Below are positions 18,250-27,670 of a DNA stretch of 64,000 nucleotides, in pieces. The position numbers and the translations under genes are program-made. This stretch comes from Candidatus Beckwithbacteria bacterium (GTDB lineage Bacteria > Patescibacteriota > Microgenomatia > UBA1400 > CG1-02-47-37). Numbering within the stretch: the first letter of the stretch is position 1; every line of letters starts with the position of its first letter. The stretch lies in the NCBI GenBank assembly GCA_026397255.1, contig JAPLVF010000013.1, positions 251,532 to 315,531 of the forward strand. Direction: 5' to 3'. The notes below the pieces were generated by a model. It was given only the letters and a program-made list of their open reading frames with translations. It did no database searches and was not told the origin of the DNA.

Positions 18250-19989
18250 ATGAACCTAAACCAGCAACAAAAAAAGGCAGTGGAGTTTAAGGACGGTCCC
18301 TTATTAATTTTAGCGGGGGCCGGATCAGGGAAAACCCGGGCACTAACCTATCGGGCGGCTTATTTAATTAAAGAAAAAGGGATTGATCCCCAACGATTAC
18401 TATTAGTGACTTTTACCAATAAAGCCGCCAAGGAAATGAAAGAACGGGTCAATAAATTAATCGGCGCTAACCTGCCCTGGGCAGGAACATTCCACGGTTT
18501 TTGCGCCCGGATATTAAGAATTGACGGGCAGGCCATAAACTTACCAAAAAATTTTGTAATTTTTGACGAAGATGATTCTTTGGCAACAATTAAACAGGCA
18601 ATGGATAATTTAAAAATAGACAATAAGCTTTACCGGAAAAACAATATTAAGGCCTGTATTTCGGCAGCCAAAAACGAGTTAATTAACAGTCTTGAATATT
18701 CACAATTAGCCCGCGGAGTTTTTGGAGAAACGGTGGCTAAGGTTTTCCGTGAGTACCAAAGACTGTTGAAAGAATATCAAGCCCTGGATTTTGATGACTT
18801 ATTAATGTTAGGGGTAAAACTATTAAAAGAAAGCGGACCGGTAGCCAAAAAATACCAAGAAAAATTCCAATACGTGTTAGTAGATGAGTACCAAGATACC
18901 AACAAGGCCCAGTATGAATTAACCAAGGCATTGGTAAAAAAATGGCGTAATTTAACGGCGGTCGGCGATTTTTCCCAAAGTATTTACTCATGGCGGGGAG
19001 CAGATTTTAGAAATCTGAATAATCTTCAGGTTGATTTTCCGGATTTAAAAATTATTAACTTGGAACAAAATTACCGCTCGACTAAAAATATTTTGGACGC
19101 GGCTAATCAAGTAATCAGTAAAAACAAATCCCACCCGATTTTAAAACTTTGGGCCAACAGCCAAGAGGGCCCAAAAATAAGAATTTTTGAGGCTGGTGAC
19201 GAAAAGGAAGAAGCGGCGTTTATTGCTAAAGAAGTAAAAAAATTAAAATATAAAGATTGCGCGGTTTTATACCGAACCAATGCCCAGTCAAGAACAATTG
19301 AAGAGGCGTTTTTAAAAATTGGCATTCCTTATGTTTTAGTGGGCGGAGTAAAATTTTACTCGAGAAAAGAAATTAAAGATTGCTTGGCTTATCTAAGGTT
19401 TTTGGTGAACCCAAAAGACAAGGTTAGTTTTGACCGAATTGTTAAACTGGGGAAAAAACAATTGGACAAATTTCTGGAATGGAAAAGGCCAACATATTTA
19501 ACGACCAGGAAAATTTTAGAAAAAATTTTAGAAATTACCGCATATTTAAAAAGATTTGACGAGAAAGACGAAGAAGATTTAGAAAGACTAGAAAATATTA
19601 AAGAATTAATGAGTGTGGCGGAAGAATACAGCGACTTAAATGAGTTTTTGCAAAATACGGCTTTGGTGGAAGAGGGAGATTCAATAAAAGAAAATAAAAA
19701 CGCTGTCACCCTAATGACCTTGCATGCCTCTAAGGGATTGGAGTTTAAAAATGTGTTTATGATCGGAATGGAAGAAGGCCTATTCCCCCACGCCCGGTCG
19801 ATGATGAACCGAGACGAAATGGAGGAAGAAAGACGGCTTTGCTATGTGGGGATGACCAGGACAAAAGAAAATTTATTTTTTTCTTATGCCCGGAAAAGAC
19901 TATATTTTGGTTTCTTAGGCAGTAACGCCGTCAGCCGCTTCTTGGGCGATATTGAGGAAAATTTGCTAGAATCAATTAATGATTATTAG
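18250..19989 (+). CDS. uvrD: UvrD/PcrA-family DNA helicase, short form (579 aa).
   Basis: Walker A AGAGSGKTRALTYR, motif II VLVDEYQDTN, and YRSTKNIL. The C-terminal region is shorter than in canonical UvrD. Confidence 0.85.
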   Translation: MNLNQQQKKAVEFKDGPLLILAGAGSGKTRALTYRAAYLIKEKGIDPQRLLLVTFTNKAAKEMKERVNKLIGANLPWAGTFHGFCARILRIDGQAINLPKNFVIFDEDDSLATIKQAMDNLKIDNKLYRKNNIKACISAAKNELINSLEYSQLARGVFGETVAKVFREYQRLLKEYQALDFDDLLMLGVKLLKESGPVAKKYQEKFQYVLVDEYQDTNKAQYELTKALVKKWRNLTAVGDFSQSIYSWRGADFRNLNNLQVDFPDLKIINLEQNYRSTKNILDAANQVISKNKSHPILKLWANSQEGPKIRIFEAGDEKEEAAFIAKEVKKLKYKDCAVLYRTNAQSRTIEEAFLKIGIPYVLVGGVKFYSRKEIKDCLAYLRFLVNPKDKVSFDRIVKLGKKQLDKFLEWKRPTYLTTRKILEKILEITAYLKRFDEKDEEDLERLENIKELMSVAEEYSDLNEFLQNTALVEEGDSIKENKNAVTLMTLHASKGLEFKNVFMIGMEEGLFPHARSMMNRDEMEEERRLCYVGMTRTKENLFFSYARKRLYFGFLGSNAVSRFLGDIEENLLESINDY

Positions 19990-21016
19990 AGATATCAGTC
20001 AAGCCGACAAAGACGCTTTTAATCAAAAAGCCGGGCATCCGCTGCAAGCCTATGAATGGGGGCAATTCCGTGAATTAACCGGAGTGAAGGTAATCAGAAA
20101 AGGTATTTTTGAAGGGAAAAAATTAATTACCCCAATGCAAGTAACCATTCATCCCCTGCCTGCGCAGGCAGGTTTGCCAAAAATAAACTTGAATATTGGT
20201 TATTTTCCTAAAGGACCGATGCCGGATGAAACACAGCTTAAGGTTTTAAGGCAAATCGGGGAAGAAAATCGGTGCTTGTTTATTAAGCTGGAGCCAAATG
20301 TTCCCCGGGCTAGCGCCTCGGAGGCGATCGATAAATTTTTATTTGACCGCGGCTGCAAAAAAGGCCGGCCGATGTTTACCAAATATACCTTTGAATTAAA
20401 TCTCAAAGAATCCGAGGAAACGCTCTTGAAAAACATGCATCCAAAAACCCGCTATAACATTAACTTGGCACAAAGAAAGGGCGTTAAGGTGGTGGCCGAC
20501 AATTCCCAAAAGTCATTTAAGTGGTTTATAAAGCTACTGTTTGAAGAAACGGTCAAGCGGCAGGGTTTTTATAGCCATACGCCCGACTATTTTGCCAAAA
20601 TGTGGCAAGTGTTAAAACCGACGGGGATGGCACAAATTTTGCGGGCAGAATATCAGGGAAAAATTTTGGCAACTTTTATGGTGTTTGTCTTTAACAACAA
20701 AATTTATTACCCTTACGGCGCTTCCACGCGCGAGGACAAAGAGTTAATGGCGCCGAATTTAGTCATGTGGGAAACAATCCGTTTGGGTAAAAAATTGAAT
20801 TGTCAAAGTTTAGATATGTGGGGAGCATTGGGGCCGAAACCAAACCCCAAAGACCCCTGGTATGGTTTTCATCGGTTTAAACAAGGGTACGGAACAAATT
20901 TGATCGAGTTCTTGGGAAGTTATGATTTGGTGCTTAGGCCAAAGGCCTACGGGCTTTACCGAATAGCGGAAGAATTACGCTGGCTAGGCCTGAGATTAAA
21001 AGCAAAAATTAGATGA
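19979..21016 (+). CDS. FemAB/FemX-family aminoacyl-tRNA:peptidoglycan-precursor aminoacyltransferase.
   Basis: YYPYGASTREDKELMAPNLVMWETIRLGKKLNCQSLDMWGA matches the C-terminal FemABX (GNAT-fold) core. Confidence 0.65.
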   Translation: MIIRDISQADKDAFNQKAGHPLQAYEWGQFRELTGVKVIRKGIFEGKKLITPMQVTIHPLPAQAGLPKINLNIGYFPKGPMPDETQLKVLRQIGEENRCLFIKLEPNVPRASASEAIDKFLFDRGCKKGRPMFTKYTFELNLKESEETLLKNMHPKTRYNINLAQRKGVKVVADNSQKSFKWFIKLLFEETVKRQGFYSHTPDYFAKMWQVLKPTGMAQILRAEYQGKILATFMVFVFNNKIYYPYGASTREDKELMAPNLVMWETIRLGKKLNCQSLDMWGALGPKPNPKDPWYGFHRFKQGYGTNLIEFLGSYDLVLRPKAYGLYRIAEELRWLGLRLKAKIR

Positions 21017-21825
21017 AGGAAACGGACTTAAGACAAAGCCGGGAATATGCTCAATATATGAAGGCACTGGGCTGGCAGACAGAAGCAGGGGCATTGATTA
21101 AAAAACTACCATTTGTCCCCTGGTCATTTATTAAAATTCAACGGCAAAAACGGAAAATCGATTTTGATAAAATGGCGAAAAAATATCGGGCGCTGCAAAT
21201 TAAAATTGAGCCCCCTTGGGGTGATAAAACCGATTACGGTAAGTTTGGTTTTAGGCCGGATAATTCACCGATGCTGCCGACAAAAACGACTTGGCTGGAT
21301 TTAACCAAAAGCGAAAGGCAATTATTGAAAGAAATGCATTACAAAACAAGATATAACATTAAGAAATTTTCAATCCGCCAGCTGGCGGACAGGTTTTCAA
21401 TGATAAGTGGGGATAAAATAACAGAAAATCAACTACGGGAATTTTATGAGATTTACAGAAAAAATTACCAGAAACAAAAATTCTGGGGGTTAAACTTTAA
21501 TCAATTAAAGTGTTTATTAAAGGCGTTTAAGTTAAAAAGTTATTTGTTGACGATAAAAAACTTAGGTGGGTTAATTATTTTAGTCCACAACAGTGTGGTT
21601 TACTATTCCCATAATGCCAGCACTCAGGAAGGCAGACAAAAATTTGCGCCGACAATTTTAATTTGGCAGGCAATTAAGTTAGCGAAAAAATTGTGTTTAA
21701 AAAGATTTGATTTTGAAGGAATTAATGACAAACGCTGGCCCGGCTTTACCAGGTTTAAAAGAAGTTTCGGCGGAAAAGAGATAGAATATAGAGGTAGTTT
21801 AAGTAAATGGTATTTATGTATTTAG
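21013..21825 (+). CDS. FemAB/FemX-family aminoacyltransferase, second and shorter tandem paralog.
   Basis: VVYYSHNASTQEGRQKFAPTILIWQAIKLAKKLCLKRFDFEGI. A 4-nt overlap with the upstream paralog indicates an operon. Confidence 0.6.
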   Translation: MKETDLRQSREYAQYMKALGWQTEAGALIKKLPFVPWSFIKIQRQKRKIDFDKMAKKYRALQIKIEPPWGDKTDYGKFGFRPDNSPMLPTKTTWLDLTKSERQLLKEMHYKTRYNIKKFSIRQLADRFSMISGDKITENQLREFYEIYRKNYQKQKFWGLNFNQLKCLLKAFKLKSYLLTIKNLGGLIILVHNSVVYYSHNASTQEGRQKFAPTILIWQAIKLAKKLCLKRFDFEGINDKRWPGFTRFKRSFGGKEIEYRGSLSKWYLCI

Positions 21826-22271
21826 CCTTGGAAAATATCCGCAGTCTTTATAATGTCGGGGCGATTTTCCGGACAGCCAGTTTTTTTGGGATAAAACATG
21901 TTTTATTGGTTGGGTATTCGGGTAGAAAGGCGGCTGGTCTTAATGAGTTGCACGAAAAAGTGAAAAAGACGGCCTTAGGAACGGAAAAAGATCTGGAAAT
22001 TAAATTTTTAAAAAATTCTCAAGAATTAATTAAGTTTAGTCGGGATAACAAATTAAAAATAATCGCGATTGAACAGGATAAAAATAGCGTGGCGATTGAC
22101 CACTGGCAGCCAAAGAAAAATTCAGTGCTTGTCCTGGGTAATGAAGTTAACGGGGTGAGTAAGGAAGTTTTGGCCGCGGCCGATGAAGTTGTGGAAATCC
22201 CCCGGTTGGGCAAAAAAGGGTCGTTAAATGTCAGCGTCGCGGCAGGAATTATCTTAGGCAGATGCTTGTAG
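21807..22271 (+). CDS. SpoU/TrmH-family RNA 2'-O-methyltransferase (SPOUT fold, TrmL-size).
   Basis: NVGAIFRTASFFGI...LVLGNEVNGVSKEVLAAADEVVEIPRLGKKGSLNVSVAAGIILG. SpoU motifs 1-3 are present. Confidence 0.75.
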   Translation: MVFMYLALENIRSLYNVGAIFRTASFFGIKHVLLVGYSGRKAAGLNELHEKVKKTALGTEKDLEIKFLKNSQELIKFSRDNKLKIIAIEQDKNSVAIDHWQPKKNSVLVLGNEVNGVSKEVLAAADEVVEIPRLGKKGSLNVSVAAGIILGRCL

Positions 22272-22895
22272 ATATGGATCAAGTTTAGCAGCAATAGCAC
22301 TGGTGTCTGGTGATTTTTTAAAGTAACCAATTAGTTGTCTCACATCGGAATTCTCTAGTTGTTTTGTAGCTGTTTCAAAAAGTCTTCTCCCCATAGATTC
22401 TTCTGGACTGTCTTCTAGGCTCGTGCCGACATTTAAAGCGCATAATAAATTAAACCCTTCAGGAGTACTATATGCTTTGTCTGCATCCCACCCTTTAACG
22501 TCAAGTCCTAGAAATTCTTCAATTTTTTCTGATAATTTTCCGCCTGCTTCTACTGAGTTTAGGTGTTGAGTTAAACGATCATGCAGTCTTTCGTCAAAAA
22601 GAATGTTAAGACCATTACCTCTAAGATAACCTTTATAAAGCTCTGTCGATGGGTTTTCTGACTTAGGCAAAGTAGCTAAGGATACACCAAAATTAAAGGC
22701 TTCTTCAGGATTTTTAGAAATTATTTCCTGTAAAAACCCGTCATTTACTATCCAGGCTTGAATGGCAGCTTTAAGATTATGATTAGCCTCGTGATGAGTC
22801 CCGATTAATGAAACTAAAAGAGACCTAATTTCTGGCCGTTGCTCAACTGGAATATCTTTTATATCCTGAAAGATCGCTTCAACTAATTCAGTCAT
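22254..22895 (-). CDS. Hypothetical protein with atypically low GC and unusual codon usage. It is the last gene of the rmuC / helicase-nuclease operon.
   Basis: 213-aa ORF. Third positions are visibly A/T-rich compared with its neighbours. I recognise no motifs. Confidence 0.45.
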   Translation of the reverse strand: MTELVEAIFQDIKDIPVEQRPEIRSLLVSLIGTHHEANHNLKAAIQAWIVNDGFLQEIISKNPEEAFNFGVSLATLPKSENPSTELYKGYLRGNGLNILFDERLHDRLTQHLNSVEAGGKLSEKIEEFLGLDVKGWDADKAYSTPEGFNLLCALNVGTSLEDSPEESMGRRLFETATKQLENSDVRQLIGYFKKSPDTSAIAAKLDPYLQASA

Positions 22896-22911
22896 AAGTT
22901 GTTGTATTATA

Positions 22912-25875
22912 TCACTTGATTAACTCCAGCTGTTTGGTTTTGGGGAGGCCGTCGGGCCAACAGTGGCGCTGAAATTCACAGCGGACACACTGGTGGTAAT
23001 CAGTGGTGCGAATAAAGTTAAGGGCGCGAATTTCTTTCATGGCGCTAATAATGGTGGCGCGTAAATCTTTTAAGTCATCATCGGAAATTTTAAAAGATTC
23101 CTGCCGAAACTTACCGCTTTGTCGGTTAGGCTCGACAAAATCAATTTCTGCTTCGGTCACTTCCAGGCGGAAAGTTTGATCAAGTTTAGTTAACAGCTTG
23201 TAAAAAACCAGCTGGCGGTAATAGTCGCCTTGGGAGTTTTTAGTCTTGCCCATAATGGCGTTACGGGTTTGGGGTTGGCCGGTTTTGTAGTCAACCACCC
23301 GGACAGTTTTATTAACCATGTCAAGCGGGTCAATCCGGTCAATTTTCCCGGTTAAAGGAATATCTCCCAAAAAGGTCTTTGACCAACCGTAACCAAAAAA
23401 TTTTTCAGTAAACATGGCTTTAATAAAATCATCCTGATAATAATCATAATAAGCGGTTAGAATTTTTGCCCCCTGTTTTAAGCGGCTGGCAGATTCGTTT
23501 TTATCCAACACTTCTGCTTCCAAGGCTTTAGTAAATTTATCCAAGAGGAATTGTTTGCTTGGGTGTTTGTCGTCGAGAATAAACTGACGGTGAAAATTTT
23601 CCAAGGCTTTGTGAACGGCCGTACCAAAAGACATAAAAGAAGCCTTGGCCCGGGGAACGCGAATCAAGTTATTAAGTTTAAACTTATAGGCACAGGTAAG
23701 AAAAGTGTTTAAAGCGGTAGGAGAAAGCTTAAAGTTTTTAACCAAATTGGCTAAAAATTCTTTTTCAGAAAAAGTTAGAGTTGGCTGACTAACCGGCTCT
23801 AAAAATTGACGCAAAATTCTGGCTTGATCTTGATTTAATTTTGGCAAAATTATTTTTTTAAATTTATCGGGAATTTCTGAGATAAACATGGTGGGGACAG
23901 CCTCGCTGACATGGCCGCTATTGGCATAGCGTTCGGCAAAAGAAATAAAGATTTTTTTCTTGGCCCGGGTAAGACTGACGTAAAATAAACGACGTTCATC
24001 TTCATTTTTTTCTTTTTTTTCTAAATCCGAATGGGTTAAGATTCCCGCGGGCAACTTAATTAATTCACGGGTCCGATTATTCCCCCATTTGCCATCAATG
24101 GCCTTAATAATAAAAACATAGTTCCATTCTTTGCCTTTGGCTTTATGGGCGGTGCTCAGAGTAACGGCGTTGGTTTTAATATCCAAATCAGCGGCGGAAA
24201 TTTTTAAGTGATTAATTTCCATCAACTCCAATGATTTTAAAAATGAGTCCAGCTTTAAACTATGATCAGCATTATTAAGGCGCTTAATGGCGCTGAAAAA
24301 AGAATTAAGAATATTTAATTTAGCGGTGGCGTCAGGTTGGCTCAAAATCCAATCAAGAAAACCGCTTTGTTTAATTACCGTCTCGAAAAACTGAGAAAAA
24401 GTTAACTGGCTGTTTAATTCCTGCCACTGGCTTAATTGTTTCACAAACTCAATTAAACGTTCCGGTTGAGCCAAGCTTAAAGAGTGAAAATTGTCGGATA
24501 AAATCACGTCCACTAAAGACAAATTGGCCTTGCTGGCACGACGGCTGAGCTTAAGAATATCAAGAGAGTTAAATTTTAAAAATTCGTAGTGAAGCAGGGT
24601 GAATAAGTCCAGGTCTTCCAAGTTTTTGGGGCTTAAATTAATCGCTTTTAAAAGAGTTAACAACTTAACAATGGTCGGATCCTCCAGAACGTTGCCGCCG
24701 CCCTCAATGTCCGTAGGAATGCCCAACTTTGAAAAAAGATCGGCAATGTCCAGGGCGTCGGCATTATGACGGTATAAAACAGCAATTTCTTCCGGTTTAA
24801 CTCCTTGGTTAATTAATTTTTTAATCCGGCGGCCGGCCCAGTAAAGCTCGACTATTTCCGAAGGCAAACGCACTAGATTAATTGGTAATTCCGGAGAAAC
24901 TTTTTGGCTAATTAACTTGGATTTAGCGGTTTTTACTACGTCCTCGATTTTTAAATGATTTTTTTGAATTAAATGAAAACTGGTATCCAAAATTGTCTGA
25001 GTCGAACGGTAGTTTTGATCCAAGCTAATAATTTTGGCCTGAGGGTAAGTCTTGGTAAAAGAAACAATATTTTCCAGAGAAGCACCCTGAAAGCGAAAGA
25101 TGGATTGATTGCTGTCGCCGACGACAAAAACATTAGCTTGATCCCCCCAGTAAGAAGCCAATAAATCAACGACTTGATTTTGGGCTGAGTTCGTATCCTG
25201 GTATTCATCGACCAAGAAATATTGCAATCGCTCCTGATAGATACGTAGCAAGGTTTGATCGCTTTTAAAGGCAGCGACAACCAGGTTAATCATGTCTTCA
25301 AAATCATAGCGGCCACGATCGATTAGAGCCTGCTGATACAAAGAATAAATTTTTAACAGCTCCGGCAATTTTTTATCTTTCTCGCTGGAAATGATTGATT
25401 TAAATTTTTCCGGGGAGACCGCTTCCCGCTTTAAATCCTGGATGGCTTTAATTAAGGCCGGCGTGTAATAAAAAGGTGTGTTGACAGGCTTTAAATAATC
25501 AAAGTTGTGGGAAGTTAAGATTTCGTGAAAGATTTCCACGCGCTCCAAATCGGACAAAGGTTCCATCTGGGGCGAAATGACGAAATGGTCGGGAAATTCC
25601 TGGATTACTGAAGAGCAAAAAGAATGAAAGGTAAAAATATTAACGTAATAAGCAGTCGGGCCAATGGTTTGTGTCAGACGTTCACGCATGGCCTTGGCAC
25701 CGGATTCGGTAAAGGTTAGGGCTAAAATCGCATCGGGGGAAGTATCGGTCTTTTTCAAAATATTGGCGATCCGCTCGGCAATGATTTGAGTTTTGCCGGT
25801 TCCCGGACCGGCAATCACCATAACCGGGCCTTCAATTGTGTCGACGGCCAACTGCTGAGAGGAATTAAGCTTCAT
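22912..25875 (-). CDS. Single-chain UvrD-like helicase fused to a C-terminal PD-(D/E)XK nuclease with a Cas4/AddB-type Fe-S Cys cluster.
   Basis: Walker A AGPGTGKTQ, motif II LVDEYQDTN and YRSTQTIL (helicase). C-terminal RVVDYKTG (nuclease Lys motif) plus Cys spaced as C...C-x2-C-x5-C (TCAYKF...CVRCEFQRHC). Confidence 0.8.
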   Translation of the reverse strand: MKLNSSQQLAVDTIEGPVMVIAGPGTGKTQIIAERIANILKKTDTSPDAILALTFTESGAKAMRERLTQTIGPTAYYVNIFTFHSFCSSVIQEFPDHFVISPQMEPLSDLERVEIFHEILTSHNFDYLKPVNTPFYYTPALIKAIQDLKREAVSPEKFKSIISSEKDKKLPELLKIYSLYQQALIDRGRYDFEDMINLVVAAFKSDQTLLRIYQERLQYFLVDEYQDTNSAQNQVVDLLASYWGDQANVFVVGDSNQSIFRFQGASLENIVSFTKTYPQAKIISLDQNYRSTQTILDTSFHLIQKNHLKIEDVVKTAKSKLISQKVSPELPINLVRLPSEIVELYWAGRRIKKLINQGVKPEEIAVLYRHNADALDIADLFSKLGIPTDIEGGGNVLEDPTIVKLLTLLKAINLSPKNLEDLDLFTLLHYEFLKFNSLDILKLSRRASKANLSLVDVILSDNFHSLSLAQPERLIEFVKQLSQWQELNSQLTFSQFFETVIKQSGFLDWILSQPDATAKLNILNSFFSAIKRLNNADHSLKLDSFLKSLELMEINHLKISAADLDIKTNAVTLSTAHKAKGKEWNYVFIIKAIDGKWGNNRTRELIKLPAGILTHSDLEKKEKNEDERRLFYVSLTRAKKKIFISFAERYANSGHVSEAVPTMFISEIPDKFKKIILPKLNQDQARILRQFLEPVSQPTLTFSEKEFLANLVKNFKLSPTALNTFLTCAYKFKLNNLIRVPRAKASFMSFGTAVHKALENFHRQFILDDKHPSKQFLLDKFTKALEAEVLDKNESASRLKQGAKILTAYYDYYQDDFIKAMFTEKFFGYGWSKTFLGDIPLTGKIDRIDPLDMVNKTVRVVDYKTGQPQTRNAIMGKTKNSQGDYYRQLVFYKLLTKLDQTFRLEVTEAEIDFVEPNRQSGKFRQESFKISDDDLKDLRATIISAMKEIRALNFIRTTDYHQCVRCEFQRHCWPDGLPKTKQLELIK

Positions 25876-26891
25876 TTTAATTTGGGGATGTCGTCATCGG
25901 GAGTTAATTCACGGCTGGTACGAAGTTTTTGGCCAATGGAATTGTAGGCAGAATTGACCTCGGAAAATTTATTGTGGGCGTTAAGAATATGGCTGCCAAG
26001 AGTCACCAGTTTTTCTTCCACTTTTTCATAGTCGGTTTGGATGGCCCGCAAGAGGCTAAAAATTTCCCGGGATTTATGTTCGATTTTTTTACCCTCAAAA
26101 GATAAAAGAATCATCTGCAAATGGGCATAAAGGGTCGAGGGGGAAACCGGAAAAATCCGATTGCGTTTGGCAAAATCCATCACCTCAGTCAAGTTAACTA
26201 GTTCGTAATAAACCGCTTCGGAGGGAACATACATCAGGGCAAAATCCATGGTGCCTTCTTCCGGCAAAATATATTTTTGGGAAATGGCTTTAATATGTTT
26301 TTTAACATCGGCACTAAAGGCCCGGCGGGCTATTTCCTGATCGGATTTATCTTTAGCCTTAACAATTCTTTGAAAGTTTTCCATGGGGAATTTGGAGTCA
26401 ATTGGCAAAATACCAGCATCGGTTTGAATGGCGGCATCGACTTTGTCACCGGACTTAAAAGAATACTGCAAATGAAAACTTTTTTTGGGAAACATCTGGC
26501 AAATTAAGTCTTTTAAAACCTGCTCACCGATATTCCCCCTTAATTTGGGTGAGCGTAAAAATTCGTTTAATTCTTTCATGGAGCGGGAAACCTCGGTAAA
26601 CTCACCGGCTTCTTTTTGCAAACCGCCGATCACTTCCGCAGCTTTGTCTAAGCGTTTATTTAAAGTGTGGGAAGATTGTTGAAGCGTGTCAATCATGTGC
26701 TGATTGGAAGTTTGCAAAGAATCGGACAAAACTCTTTGTAAATCTTTAATGTCTTTTTGGGTGGATTTGGCCCATTCCATTAAAGTTAGGTCCTCTTTTT
26801 TTCTGGTTAAAAACCAAATAACGACAGCAAAGCCGATAACAATTAAGGCGGTAATTAAATAAATCTCTGGAGTCATGATTAATTCTAACAT
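25872..26891 (-). CDS. rmuC: DNA recombination protein RmuC.
   Basis: N-terminal TM plus coiled coil. ...LPIDSKFPMENF...DFALMYVPSEAVYYE matches the RmuC core. A 4-nt overlap with the downstream helicase-nuclease gene indicates an operon. Confidence 0.7.
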   Translation of the reverse strand: MLELIMTPEIYLITALIVIGFAVVIWFLTRKKEDLTLMEWAKSTQKDIKDLQRVLSDSLQTSNQHMIDTLQQSSHTLNKRLDKAAEVIGGLQKEAGEFTEVSRSMKELNEFLRSPKLRGNIGEQVLKDLICQMFPKKSFHLQYSFKSGDKVDAAIQTDAGILPIDSKFPMENFQRIVKAKDKSDQEIARRAFSADVKKHIKAISQKYILPEEGTMDFALMYVPSEAVYYELVNLTEVMDFAKRNRIFPVSPSTLYAHLQMILLSFEGKKIEHKSREIFSLLRAIQTDYEKVEEKLVTLGSHILNAHNKFSEVNSAYNSIGQKLRTSRELTPDDDIPKLK

Positions 26892-26906
26892 ATACTAAAG
26901 ATTAGA

Positions 26907-27233
26907 ATGATTAAGAGGCGTAAAAACTATCTACCGACATTGCTGTTAGTTTTAATTCTGTGGGCGTTATTGGGTTTAATGCTTTATTTTGTCGAGCCGG
27001 CAATGGTAAAGGATATTTTAATACCGGGGTTGTATTTACCATTTTTCTTGTTGTTTTTTCCGGCGAGCAGTTTAACGTTAGGAATAATTTTTAACAACAG
27101 CCTGAGGGGGCTTTTGTTGGCCATTGGAATAACTGCCTGGTTAATTTTAAAAGTTTATCAACTGGATAATTGGCTGAATATAATTTTAATTTCGGGAATA
27201 ATAATAACAGTTGACAGATATCTGTCCACATAG
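26907..27233 (+). CDS. Small membrane protein, hypothetical.
   Basis: 108 aa with 3 TM helices. Confidence 0.4.
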   Translation: MIKRRKNYLPTLLLVLILWALLGLMLYFVEPAMVKDILIPGLYLPFFLLFFPASSLTLGIIFNNSLRGLLLAIGITAWLILKVYQLDNWLNIILISGIIITVDRYLST

Positions 27234-27281
27234 TTTAATTAATTAAAGAGCCGTCTTCATATAAATTTCGGCGAGCCAAGC

Positions 27282-27653
27282 ATGCAGATATCAAAAAAGA
27301 ACGTTAACAAACAAGTTGAAAAAAGAATTTTTAAATCGCTGTATCAAGTGTTGGCAGATTTAAGAAAACCGGACGAAGTAGAAAAATTTTTAGGCGATAT
27401 TTTGAGCGAAACGGAAACAACGGTCTTGGCCAAAAGGTTGGGAATTGCCTGGTATCTTAATAAAAAGATGTCTTACGACCTGATCCGGAAAGATTTGAAA
27501 GTGTCTTCGGCGACCATTGCCACGGTCCGAAGCTGGCTAGAAAAAGACAGTGTGGGTTTAAAGCTGGCAATTAAGGCAATTGAGGCAGACGAGTGGGCCG
27601 GAGAGATGGCCAATAAAGTCAAGCAGTCGGTAAAAAAGATTTTTAAGAAATAA
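27282..27653 (+). CDS. YerC/YecD-family TrpR-like helix-turn-helix protein.
   Basis: LADLRKPDEVEKFLGDILSETETTVLAKRLGIAWYL...SYDLIRKDLKVSSATIATV is typical of the YerC/YecD family. Confidence 0.55.
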   Translation: MQISKKNVNKQVEKRIFKSLYQVLADLRKPDEVEKFLGDILSETETTVLAKRLGIAWYLNKKMSYDLIRKDLKVSSATIATVRSWLEKDSVGLKLAIKAIEADEWAGEMANKVKQSVKKIFKK

Positions 27654-27670
27654 TCAGCTAAAATAGGCTG

